Origin: an uncultured Porphyromonadaceae bacterium
GTDB lineage: Bacteria; Bacteroidota; Bacteroidia; Bacteroidales; Barnesiellaceae_A
Direction of reading: 5' to 3'
Assembly: GCA_900538705.1 (NCBI GenBank)
Contig: UPZG01000008.1
Coordinates: 10,585-74,584, forward strand
DNA: 64,000 bases
The notes beneath the pieces are model-generated. The model searched no databases. It had not been told where the DNA came from and was given only the letters and a program-made list of their open reading frames with translations. This document shows positions 7,541 through 15,567 of the stretch, in pieces; within the stretch, counting starts at the first letter, position 1, and each line of letters opens with the position of its first letter. Position numbers and translations under genes: made by a program.

Positions 7541-8977
7541 TTACCACACCACTTTGGCAACGGCTGTTGTACCGCCTGAGAGCTCTGCTTTTGCGACATA
7601 TACGCCACGTGGCAGGCGGGCAAGGTCTATTGTCGAGCCGTTGGCCACATGGCGGCCACCTAAGTCGTAGAGTGTCAGTCGGCCGTTGCAACTGAGGTGT
7701 GAACCGTCGCGGCGTAAAACGGCATCCGTCATGACTGCATTGACACTGCTGAAATCTATTACATCGTGCCCTTCTGGATATACAAAATCTGTGGATGGTT
7801 CATAATAGTAGCTCCAATATATCAAGCCAGTAGCGCCGAAACGCGAATAATACGATGTCATTATCGGGAATTTTATACTACCAATGCCTTCTATCCATAC
7901 GTCTTGCTCGATTATAGCTGATTCAGGAGATGAGGTATAATAATGTTTGCAAGTTACATAATATATGTTCCGTTCCAAACTATTGAGTGTGATAGTCCCG
8001 ATACTGTCTACTAACATTACGTTAACGGATTCATAAAAGCCCTCTTCTTCGATACTGTCGCCGGGTTGCATGTTGAAATCGTATAGGAGTACATCGCGGC
8101 ATGTCTCTCCATTTTCTTCACGTTTGTAAACTTTTTGACCTGTTTCGTAGAGGTATATATATTTGCCAGTTGCGTCTATGGGATCTTTGTCCGACCATGG
8201 TTGGTAGTTGCCTATATCCATGCGACAGTATTCTTGGCCATCGATTGTTACGGTATCTTTTAGTGTGTACATGTAGTATCCGTCAGAGGTTGAGTATTCT
8301 ACCCATTGTTTTTCCATAGTCAAATAGGGAATGTACTCGTGCCACGATACAGTTGTAGCCTCTTCGGGATATACAAAATCTGTGGAGGGTTCTCTATAAT
8401 AAGAGAATACGGCTGTTCCTGATTGTCCAAAGCGGCCGTTGGTGTGGAGTATGGCTATGTTTACGGCTCCTATCCCTTCGACCCAAGTATCGCATAGTTT
8501 GTCGGCACCGGGCGTGTTGGGGAAATTGTCCGATTCGTACCATACGTAATAGAAGTTACGCAGCTTGCCGGCAACCTCGCGCTCCACCACACTGTCTACG
8601 TGTATGGTATATTCGCCGGCGTCTCCTGTGACGGTGACTGCATCACCGGCTTCCAGATTGAAGTCGTAGATGAGTTCTTCCTGCCCGTTGCGATAGATAT
8701 ATACGCACTTGTTTTCTTCCCTTATATATAGGGGTTCGCCATCGGTGTAGGCGGGAGTCTCCATGGGGGCATAGCGGCGTTCTGTCATGAGTTGATACTC
8801 TTTGCCGTCTATTTCGGCAGTTCCGTCTATGGTATAGCGGAAGTAGGCGGGAGTGCCCGCAGGCGTATATTCTACCCACTCTTTCCCGTCGGCTACATAG
8901 GGAATGTAGTCGTGAGCTGCCATGCAGCCGATGTAACCGGCCAGGAATAGTACCGAAGATAATAGAATCCGTTTCAT
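7541..8977 (-). CDS. T9SS-sorted secreted protein made of two tandem ~190-aa modules plus a Por/T9SS type-A C-terminal domain
   Basis: ORF track 7541..9073; the likely start is MKRILLSSVLFLAGYIGCMAA (ATG at 8977). The C-terminus GRLTLYDLGGRHVANGSTIDLARLPRGVYVAKAELSGGTTAVAKVVW is a typical T9SS sorting domain. Confidence 0.8.
   Translation of the reverse strand: MKRILLSSVLFLAGYIGCMAAHDYIPYVADGKEWVEYTPAGTPAYFRYTIDGTAEIDGKEYQLMTERRYAPMETPAYTDGEPLYIREENKCVYIYRNGQEELIYDFNLEAGDAVTVTGDAGEYTIHVDSVVEREVAGKLRNFYYVWYESDNFPNTPGADKLCDTWVEGIGAVNIAILHTNGRFGQSGTAVFSYYREPSTDFVYPEEATTVSWHEYIPYLTMEKQWVEYSTSDGYYMYTLKDTVTIDGQEYCRMDIGNYQPWSDKDPIDATGKYIYLYETGQKVYKREENGETCRDVLLYDFNMQPGDSIEEEGFYESVNVMLVDSIGTITLNSLERNIYYVTCKHYYTSSPESAIIEQDVWIEGIGSIKFPIMTSYYSRFGATGLIYWSYYYEPSTDFVYPEGHDVIDFSSVNAVMTDAVLRRDGSHLSCNGRLTLYDLGGRHVANGSTIDLARLPRGVYVAKAELSGGTTAVAKVVW
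7766..8344 (-). repeat. Intragenic module copy 2 (WHEYIPYL...WIEGIG...YYEPSTDFVYPEG)
   Basis: Same landmarks as copy 1. At the DNA level, GGATATACAAAATCTGTGGA(T/G)GGTT occurs at about 7776-7800 and about 8367-8391. Confidence 0.7.
8345..8914 (-). repeat. Intragenic module copy 1 (HDYIPYV...WVEGIG...YYREPSTDFVYPEE)
   Basis: Alignable by eye with copy 2. Shared landmarks are (H/W)xYIPY, WVEY, IDGxEY, LxYDFNxxxGD, WxEGIGxx, RFGxxG and Y(Y/R)EPSTDFVYPE. Confidence 0.7.
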
Positions 8978-9076
8978 GATATGAATTTTTAAAGGAGAAC
9001 GATATTTTTGCAAGAATAATAAAAATTTGTTGAAAAAACAAGGCTTTTTCAACTTCATGTAGTTGAAATACAAATA

Positions 9077-9976
9077 TTATTTCAAAGCTCTATATTGCCC
9101 CGGAGTTATGCCTGTGAGGTGCTTGAAGTATTTCCCGAAAAACGATTGGGTGGTGAAGTTGAGGTAATAGGCTATCTCTTGTATGTTCATGGTAGAGTAG
9201 CGTAAGAGGTTTTTAGCTTCGAGGATGACATACTCGTCAATCCATTCTGCGGCGCTGCGCCCGCTTATCTGCTTGATGACAGCCGAAAGGTATTTGGGAG
9301 AGATACATATTTGGTCGGCATAAAATTTTATGCTGTGTTCGCGGCAGTGATGTTTGTTGAGTAGGAGCATGAATTGTTCGTACATGGCTCTCTGTCTGTT
9401 CCTGAGGATGCTTGTGGTGTGACGACTGTTGTCATCTAAGAAGATGTCGCATAATTTATATACGAGAGCCACCATGATGCCTTTGATGGTCTCTAATTTA
9501 TATTTTGTTTCGGGTTGTAGAATGAGAAGTTCGAGGGTATCGGCGAGTTGCCCGAAGAAACGGAGTTCTTCTACGGTCAGTTGTCGGGAGGGACTTTCGA
9601 GCATGACAGGGTGCATTGAAAGCAGGTTAGTGAGGTTGATGCTCATGTCTTTGATGAAGTCTTCCGATACCATGACTACCGTAGCCGTAAAACGGTCCAT
9701 TTCGTCTACTTGCACAATGTCGTTGGGAGTATTGATAAACATCATTCCTGGCGAAATGCTGTATTCACCGATATTGCGCTTGAAATGTACTGTACCTCCG
9801 GTACATAACACTCCTACCAATGCTTTGATTCGGCAAGGGTAACGAAACAAATCGGAGCTGAACGTGTTTCTTATCATGATGAACTCCTTGCCTATCGTCA
9901 TGCGTTGGTCGTCTAAAAAACCTGCCAGTTGTTCGATAGTGAAACAGGGCAGTTCTTTTTCTTGTAAGGTGTCCAT
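9077..9976 (-). CDS. AraC-family transcriptional regulator
   Basis: ORF track gives 9077..10444, but the N-terminal 155 aa overlap the opposite-strand MFP gene. ATG at 9976 gives MDTLQEKELPCF... The C-terminal double HTH reads ISPKYLSAVIKQISGRSAAEWIDEYVILEAKNLLRYSTMNIQEIAYYLNFTTQSFFGKYFKHLTGITPGQY. Confidence 0.85.
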   Translation of the reverse strand: MDTLQEKELPCFTIEQLAGFLDDQRMTIGKEFIMIRNTFSSDLFRYPCRIKALVGVLCTGGTVHFKRNIGEYSISPGMMFINTPNDIVQVDEMDRFTATVVMVSEDFIKDMSINLTNLLSMHPVMLESPSRQLTVEELRFFGQLADTLELLILQPETKYKLETIKGIMVALVYKLCDIFLDDNSRHTTSILRNRQRAMYEQFMLLLNKHHCREHSIKFYADQICISPKYLSAVIKQISGRSAAEWIDEYVILEAKNLLRYSTMNIQEIAYYLNFTTQSFFGKYFKHLTGITPGQYRALK

Positions 9977-9984
9977 TTTGGCGA

Positions 9985-9992
9985 TATTTTTG
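9985..9992 (+). promoter_or_regulatory. Putative -7 box (TATTTTTG) facing the RND operon
   Basis: TATTTTTG matches TAnnTTTG, and CTTG lies 20 nt upstream (9961-9964). It sits back-to-back with the AraC -7 box (gaTATTTTTGtCAAATATAg). Confidence 0.35.
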
Positions 9993-9993
9993 T

Positions 9994-10001
9994 CAAATAT
10001 A
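9994..10001 (-). promoter_or_regulatory. Putative -7 box (TATATTTG) for the AraC gene
   Basis: CAAATATA on the plus strand is TATATTTG on the minus strand, 18 nt upstream of the ATG at 9976. No clear -33 element. Confidence 0.4.
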
Positions 10002-10109
10002 GATATTATTTGAGGATTAAATTGTCTTAATAGGCAATTATTCGACTTTATGAACATTTTACATGCCGAAAGAGACTTTATATAGTAAAGTTTCCGATAG
10101 AACTTTGTC

Positions 10110-11159
10110 GTGCAAAACAAAAATGTTATGAGTAGAATCAGGTTTTTGTGCTTTTTAATGCTTTTGATAAGTATGGTTGTATGGTTTGGAGGTTGTTCTT
10201 CGGAGGTGAAGAAGAAGAACCGGCAGCCTGTTGTGGTAGAGACAATGACTCTTAGGCCGCGAGACAATAGTTGTGCCGACCGTTTTGTGGGCAATATAGA
10301 AGAGGCTTCGGCCGCAGCCTTGAGTTTTGCTGTGGGTGGGCAGGTAAAGCGTATCTGGGTGACCGAGGGTGACCGTGTGAATGCGGGTGACGAGCTGGCT
10401 TGTCTCGATGCTACAACACTGCAACATACATACGATGCTGCCAAAGCTACATTAGACCGTGCAAAGGATGCCTACGACCGTATGAAGTTGTTGCGTGATA
10501 GCAACAGCTTGCCTGAGATTAAGTGGGTAGAGATACAGAGCTCGTTGCAACAAGCCGAGAGTATGGAGCGTATTGCATATAAAAATCTTGCCGATACTCG
10601 TCTTGTAGCTCCTTTTTCGGGTTATATAGCTCGTAAGGCAATCGAAGTGGGTGACAATGTTTTACCTTCAGCTACCGCATTTACATTGATGGAGATAGCA
10701 AGTGTTGATGTGAAAATAGCCATCCCAGAAAATGAAATATCTCATATTGCGCGTGGCGACAGTGTCTTGGTGAGCGTAGGTGCTCTCGACGATAGAGAGT
10801 ATCGAGGCGTAGTTACAGTGAAAGGGGTGAGCGCACATCCTTTGTCACATTCTTATGAAGTGAGAGCTCGGCTCGATAATGCCGACGGGGCATTATTGCC
10901 AGGTATGGTATGTCGGGTAGAGATGTACAGGCGTGCTGCCGATAAAGAATTTATATTGCCGGTCGATGCTGTTTTTGCCGATACTGGTAAACGACATTTC
11001 GTATGGATATGTCGTGACGGCGTTGCCGAGAAGCGATATGTTACGATAGGAGACTTGGCAGCCGATGGTATTGTGGTAGAAGGGGTTGCTGAGGGTGACC
11101 AACTCATTGTGTCTGGATGCCAGAAGATAAGCGAAGGAATGACAGTTGACGTAAGATGA
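10110..11159 (+). CDS. RND efflux periplasmic adaptor (membrane fusion protein, HlyD/AcrA family), lipoprotein
   Basis: 349-aa ORF; the start could also be the ATG at 10128 (MSRIRFLCFLMLLISMVVWFGGC). Lipobox is FGGC. Hairpin/beta-barrel segments are present (LVAPFSGYIARKAIEVGDNV). The stop overlaps the pump start (ATGA). Confidence 0.85.
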   Translation: MQNKNVMSRIRFLCFLMLLISMVVWFGGCSSEVKKKNRQPVVVETMTLRPRDNSCADRFVGNIEEASAAALSFAVGGQVKRIWVTEGDRVNAGDELACLDATTLQHTYDAAKATLDRAKDAYDRMKLLRDSNSLPEIKWVEIQSSLQQAESMERIAYKNLADTRLVAPFSGYIARKAIEVGDNVLPSATAFTLMEIASVDVKIAIPENEISHIARGDSVLVSVGALDDREYRGVVTVKGVSAHPLSHSYEVRARLDNADGALLPGMVCRVEMYRRAADKEFILPVDAVFADTGKRHFVWICRDGVAEKRYVTIGDLAADGIVVEGVAEGDQLIVSGCQKISEGMTVDVR

Positions 11160-14100
11160 AAAAGCAACACGACATTATTTCATGGGCTATAAACCATAGC
11201 ACCATAATTTTTCTGCTTGCTGTGGCCGGAATTGTATTGGGTATATATGGGCTCATAGTTATGCCCAAACAGGAGTTTCCTCTTATAACAATACGACAAG
11301 GCTTGGTTATAGGTGTCTTTCCGGGACATAGCAGTGATGAGGTCGACGACCAACTGACGCAGCCGTTAGAGAATTTCATTTTTGGTTTTGAGGAGGTTAA
11401 TAAGAAAAAGACAATGTCGCAAAGCCGTGATGGCTTTGCTTTTATTACCGTTGAACTAAATGACAATATTGTAGATAAAGAGGCTTTTTGGTCGAAGTTT
11501 AAGCATCGCCTCACTTTGTTTAAGTCGCAATTACCTTCAGATGTACTCGAAGTAATTGTTAATGATGACTTTGGTAATACCTCTTCCATGTTACTCGCCA
11601 TAGAGTCTGATGACAAGACTTATCGTGAGATGGAGACCTATGCCGATGAGTTGGAGAAACGCTTGCGCAGTATAAAGTCGGTGTCGGGTATCCAACGATA
11701 TGGCGGTTTGCAAGAGCAAATATCGGTTTATCTCGATGCTGATAAACTTGCAGCTTATGCTGTCAATGAAAACAGTGTTGCCATGAATTTGGCTTCGCAT
11801 GGGTTTGCGGCTCTTGGAGGTTCTGTGGAAACTCTTGCCTACGTTGCGCCTGTGCATCTTGCGCCGTTGTATGATAATGAACGTAACATAGCCGAGCACG
11901 TTGTCTATTCCGACCCACAAGGCAATGTGATTCGACTGAAAGATATAGCCCGTATTGTACGTGAATATCCTGCACCGAGTTCCTACATTACCAACAATGG
12001 CAGGAAGTGCCTGCTTCTTTCATTGGAGATGGGGCAGGGATATAACGTCATAGAAATGGGTAGGGAGGTTAATGCTATCATACAGGCTTTCCAGAATGAT
12101 TTACCCGATGAGGTGACGATAGAGCGTATTGTCGATCAGTCGCAGGTGGTCGGTGGTTCGGTAAAGACATTCTTGTCGGAGTTGTTGATAGCTATCGGTG
12201 CAGTTATTATCGTTATTATCTTGTTGCTTCCGTTGCGGGTAGCTTCTATAGCAGCATCAACGATACCCATGACCATATTCCTTTCGTTGGGTATGTTTTT
12301 TGTTTTCGGCTTGGAGTTGAATACCGTTACGTTGGCTGCTCTTATCGTTTCGTTAGGTATCATTGTAGACGACTCTATTGTGATAATAGATAATTATATG
12401 GAGCGTCTTGATGAAGGCTTGCCTCGTCGCGAAGCCTCTATAGTGAGTGCCAAAGGCTTTTTCAAGTCTATCTTTTCGGCTACGTTGGCGATAAGTGTAA
12501 CATTCTTTCCTTTTTTGGCAACGACGACGGGAGTTACCAATGACTTTGTCAAGCCATTCCCTCCGGCGCTTACCATAATACTGTTTATCTCATTGTTGGT
12601 GGCTATACTTATAATTCCCTTTATGCAAGAACATCTCATAAAGAGTGGTTATAATCGCGATGGGGCTCGTAAGAAGTCTTTCATACTCAATGCCATGCAA
12701 AGTGGATACGAGCGATTGCTTTGCATTTGTTTTGCGCATCCCTACAAGACTATTACTGTTGGCGTGTTGGCCATAGGTGTGGGAGCTCTCATCTTTTTCA
12801 GTCGGCCTATGCAACTGATGCCTATTGCCGATCGTGACCAGTTTGCAGTAGAGATATACATGCCTCATGGTACAGCCATAGAGCGTACGGCTGCCGTGGC
12901 CGACAGCCTTGAACATATCTTGCGCCGCGACAAGAGAGTGAAGTCGGTTACCTCTTTTATCGGAACAGGGTCGCCTCGTTTTCATGCCGCATATGCTCCT
13001 CAGTTACCTGGTTCGCACTATGCACAGTTTATAGTCAATACGACAGGAATAAAAGCTACAGAAAAGTTGCTCGATGAGTATGCCGATGTATACGACGATT
13101 ACTTTCCCGGTGCACGTATCCGTTTTAAGCAATTGGAATATAACGATATAAAATATCCCGTAGAAGTGCGTCTTTCGGGTGATGACCTCGATGCACTCAA
13201 ACACGATGCCGAGGTTGTGACGCAACTCATGTATGGTATAGAGGGGCTGAAATTGCCTCATACCAATTTTGAAGGGCAGCTTTCGGGGGTAAAAGTGGTA
13301 TTGAATGAAGATGAAATAAATAGATTGGGCATTAGTCCGGCGGTGGTGTCGGCCAATATCACAATGCATTCTACCGGTTTACCGATAGCTAAGGTATGGG
13401 AGAGAGATTATCCTCTGCAAGTTGTGCTATATTGTGGTGATGGTGATACGCGCGACTATGAATCTATGGCCGGTGAGTATATATCGGCGTGGGGAGGAAG
13501 TGTGTCGGTACCGCTTAGGCAGATTGCTACCATTCTTCCAGATTGGCATGACGGACAGATTGTAAGGCGTAACGGTATATTGTCTATGTCGGTATTTGCC
13601 GATATGGATCGCGGTTATAATGCAGGAGAACTTACGGCTGAGTTGAGTAAACAGTTGGAAAAAGCCAACCTTTCTGAGGGCGTGTCGTGGTCGCTGGGCG
13701 GAAGTAAAGAATCTGATGCTGAGCGTATGCCGCAAGTTATCAGTGGCTTGTTGTGTGCAGCAGTCATCATATTCGTCATTTTGCTTTTCCATTTCGGCAG
13801 TATCAAACCAGCCCTGCTCATTCTTTCATCTACTTTATTCTGTATTCTGGGAGCTGGTTTGGGTTTGTGTATTATGCATATTGCAGTGAGCATTACCGCT
13901 ATTCTGGGAGTAGTGACGCTCATGGGTATCTTGGTGCGTAACGGCATTATCATGCTCGATTATGCGGAAGAGTTGCAAGACAAAACCGGTATGAATGTGC
14001 GCGATGCAGCTTACCATGCTGCAGTGCGCAGGATGCGTCCCATATTTCTTACCTCGTCGGCTGCGGCAATGGGTGTGATACCTATGATACTGGGGCATTC

Positions 14101-14266
14101 CTCTCTTTGGTCGCCTATGGGTACGGTTATCTTTTTCGGTACGTTGGTTTCGATGCTTTTTACCCTCACAGTGCTGCCTATTCTCTACTGGCAGTTGAAT
14201 CGTAAAAAAGAGAGAGAAAATATGGAATCTCTTTCGGTACAAACTTCCAAGACAGATGTAGTATGA
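11156..14266 (+). CDS. RND efflux transporter permease (AcrB/CzcA superfamily)
   Basis: 1036-aa ORF beginning SWAINHSTIIFLLAVAGIVLGIYGLIVMPKQEFP. It has two large periplasmic loops and 12 hydrophobic segments. Both ends overlap the flanking genes by 4 nt. Confidence 0.9.
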   Translation: MKKQHDIISWAINHSTIIFLLAVAGIVLGIYGLIVMPKQEFPLITIRQGLVIGVFPGHSSDEVDDQLTQPLENFIFGFEEVNKKKTMSQSRDGFAFITVELNDNIVDKEAFWSKFKHRLTLFKSQLPSDVLEVIVNDDFGNTSSMLLAIESDDKTYREMETYADELEKRLRSIKSVSGIQRYGGLQEQISVYLDADKLAAYAVNENSVAMNLASHGFAALGGSVETLAYVAPVHLAPLYDNERNIAEHVVYSDPQGNVIRLKDIARIVREYPAPSSYITNNGRKCLLLSLEMGQGYNVIEMGREVNAIIQAFQNDLPDEVTIERIVDQSQVVGGSVKTFLSELLIAIGAVIIVIILLLPLRVASIAASTIPMTIFLSLGMFFVFGLELNTVTLAALIVSLGIIVDDSIVIIDNYMERLDEGLPRREASIVSAKGFFKSIFSATLAISVTFFPFLATTTGVTNDFVKPFPPALTIILFISLLVAILIIPFMQEHLIKSGYNRDGARKKSFILNAMQSGYERLLCICFAHPYKTITVGVLAIGVGALIFFSRPMQLMPIADRDQFAVEIYMPHGTAIERTAAVADSLEHILRRDKRVKSVTSFIGTGSPRFHAAYAPQLPGSHYAQFIVNTTGIKATEKLLDEYADVYDDYFPGARIRFKQLEYNDIKYPVEVRLSGDDLDALKHDAEVVTQLMYGIEGLKLPHTNFEGQLSGVKVVLNEDEINRLGISPAVVSANITMHSTGLPIAKVWERDYPLQVVLYCGDGDTRDYESMAGEYISAWGGSVSVPLRQIATILPDWHDGQIVRRNGILSMSVFADMDRGYNAGELTAELSKQLEKANLSEGVSWSLGGSKESDAERMPQVISGLLCAAVIIFVILLFHFGSIKPALLILSSTLFCILGAGLGLCIMHIAVSITAILGVVTLMGILVRNGIIMLDYAEELQDKTGMNVRDAAYHAAVRRMRPIFLTSSAAAMGVIPMILGHSSLWSPMGTVIFFGTLVSMLFTLTVLPILYWQLNRKKERENMESLSVQTSKTDVV

Positions 14267-15555
14267 AACGAAGTGTAGTTATATTGGCATTGTTGCTTGT
14301 CGGCTTGCCGTTAATGGCGCAAGTGTCATATACCCTCGACGAGTGTAAGCAAATGGCATGGGAAAATAATTATACCATGCAAAATAGCCGTTTGGATATA
14401 GAAATAGCTTCCGAAACCAAACGAGAAGCTTTCACGCACTATTTTCCGGCTGTATCGGCTTCGGGATTGATGTTTTGGACAACCGATAACATGATACAAT
14501 TTGGCATTCCTCTTCCTGTACAGGTAGAGGCTTTCCCAAAGGAGCTGACAGTGGGATTGATAGACCGTGGTAAGACGGCCGGTATCATGGCTTTACAACC
14601 TCTCTTTTTTGGAGGACGCATTGTCAATGGCAATCGTTTGGCCCAGATAGGAGAGCAAGTAAGTCGGAAAAAGGCTCTGCTTACGGCTCGAGATACAGAG
14701 TTGAAGACCGAAGAGTATTTTTGGCAAATCATTTCTTTGAAAGAGAAGCTAATAACAATAGCGACGGCCGAAAAGCAGATTGCCGAGATAAAGAAAACTG
14801 TGGCGACAATGATAGACGCTGGTATAGCTTCGCGCAACGATATGTTGAGGGTAGAGTTGCAAGAGCAAGATCTTGCGGCCAACCGGTTACGGGTAGAGAA
14901 TGGCATCAGGGTGATGAAGCTACTCTTGAAACATCATGCCGGTATACGCGATGCCGAGTATGAGGTTGTTGCCGATTCGTTACCTATTGTATCGCCGTTA
15001 GATTATTATGTTGTCCCACAGGAGGCTGTGCAGAATCGTGTAGAGAGCGATTTATTAGACAAGGGTGTCGAGGCCGCACGCGTACAGTATCGTTTGGCTG
15101 TAGGGGAGAATTTACCTACAGTATCGGTGGGTGGTGGTTATCTGTATCATGACTTCACGGGGCGCGACATAGGTAACGGCATTGTAATGGTGAATGCTAC
15201 CATTCCTATTACATCGTGGTGGAGCGGTTCGCATCGTATGAAGAGAGAAAAACTTAATATGAAAAAGGCCGAGAACGAGCGACAAAGCAATCGCGAGATG
15301 ATGATGGTACAGATAGAGGTGAAGTGGAATGAGCTGGAAGAAGCTTATAGGCAGATACTCATTGCCGAGAAGTCGGTAGAGTCGTCGGCCGAAAATCTTC
15401 GGTTGAATAGTAACTACTATCAAGCCGGTACAAGTTCATTGCCCGAGTTGCTCGATGCGCAGACGTTGGCACGCCAAAGTCGCGATAAGTATAGCGATGC
15501 CGTGATGGCTTATCGCATGAAATTGTCGGAGTATTTGTCGTTTACAGGTCGATAA
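14263..15555 (+). CDS. TolC-family outer-membrane efflux protein
   Basis: 430-aa ORF with signal peptide MKRSVVILALLLVGLPLMAQ. It shows duplicated coiled-coil/beta organisation and is the last gene of the efflux operon. Confidence 0.85.
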   Translation: MKRSVVILALLLVGLPLMAQVSYTLDECKQMAWENNYTMQNSRLDIEIASETKREAFTHYFPAVSASGLMFWTTDNMIQFGIPLPVQVEAFPKELTVGLIDRGKTAGIMALQPLFFGGRIVNGNRLAQIGEQVSRKKALLTARDTELKTEEYFWQIISLKEKLITIATAEKQIAEIKKTVATMIDAGIASRNDMLRVELQEQDLAANRLRVENGIRVMKLLLKHHAGIRDAEYEVVADSLPIVSPLDYYVVPQEAVQNRVESDLLDKGVEAARVQYRLAVGENLPTVSVGGGYLYHDFTGRDIGNGIVMVNATIPITSWWSGSHRMKREKLNMKKAENERQSNREMMMVQIEVKWNELEEAYRQILIAEKSVESSAENLRLNSNYYQAGTSSLPELLDAQTLARQSRDKYSDAVMAYRMKLSEYLSFTGR

Positions 15556-15567
15556 GGCGTTGCCGTA

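Noticed and set aside
9977-10444. N-terminal 155-aa extension of the AraC ORF (track entry 9077..10444, 455 aa)
   Set aside because: The extension is low-complexity and overlaps the well-supported MFP gene on the opposite strand. A TATATTTG -7 box lies 18 nt upstream of the internal ATG at 9976, which gives a normal ~300-aa AraC protein.
14263-14276. 14-nt identity ATGAAACGAAGTGT shared by the starts of the TolC-like gene (14263) and the TamL-like gene (24351)
   Set aside because: Both simply encode MKRSV at the start of a signal peptide. The identity does not extend further, so this is most likely chance.
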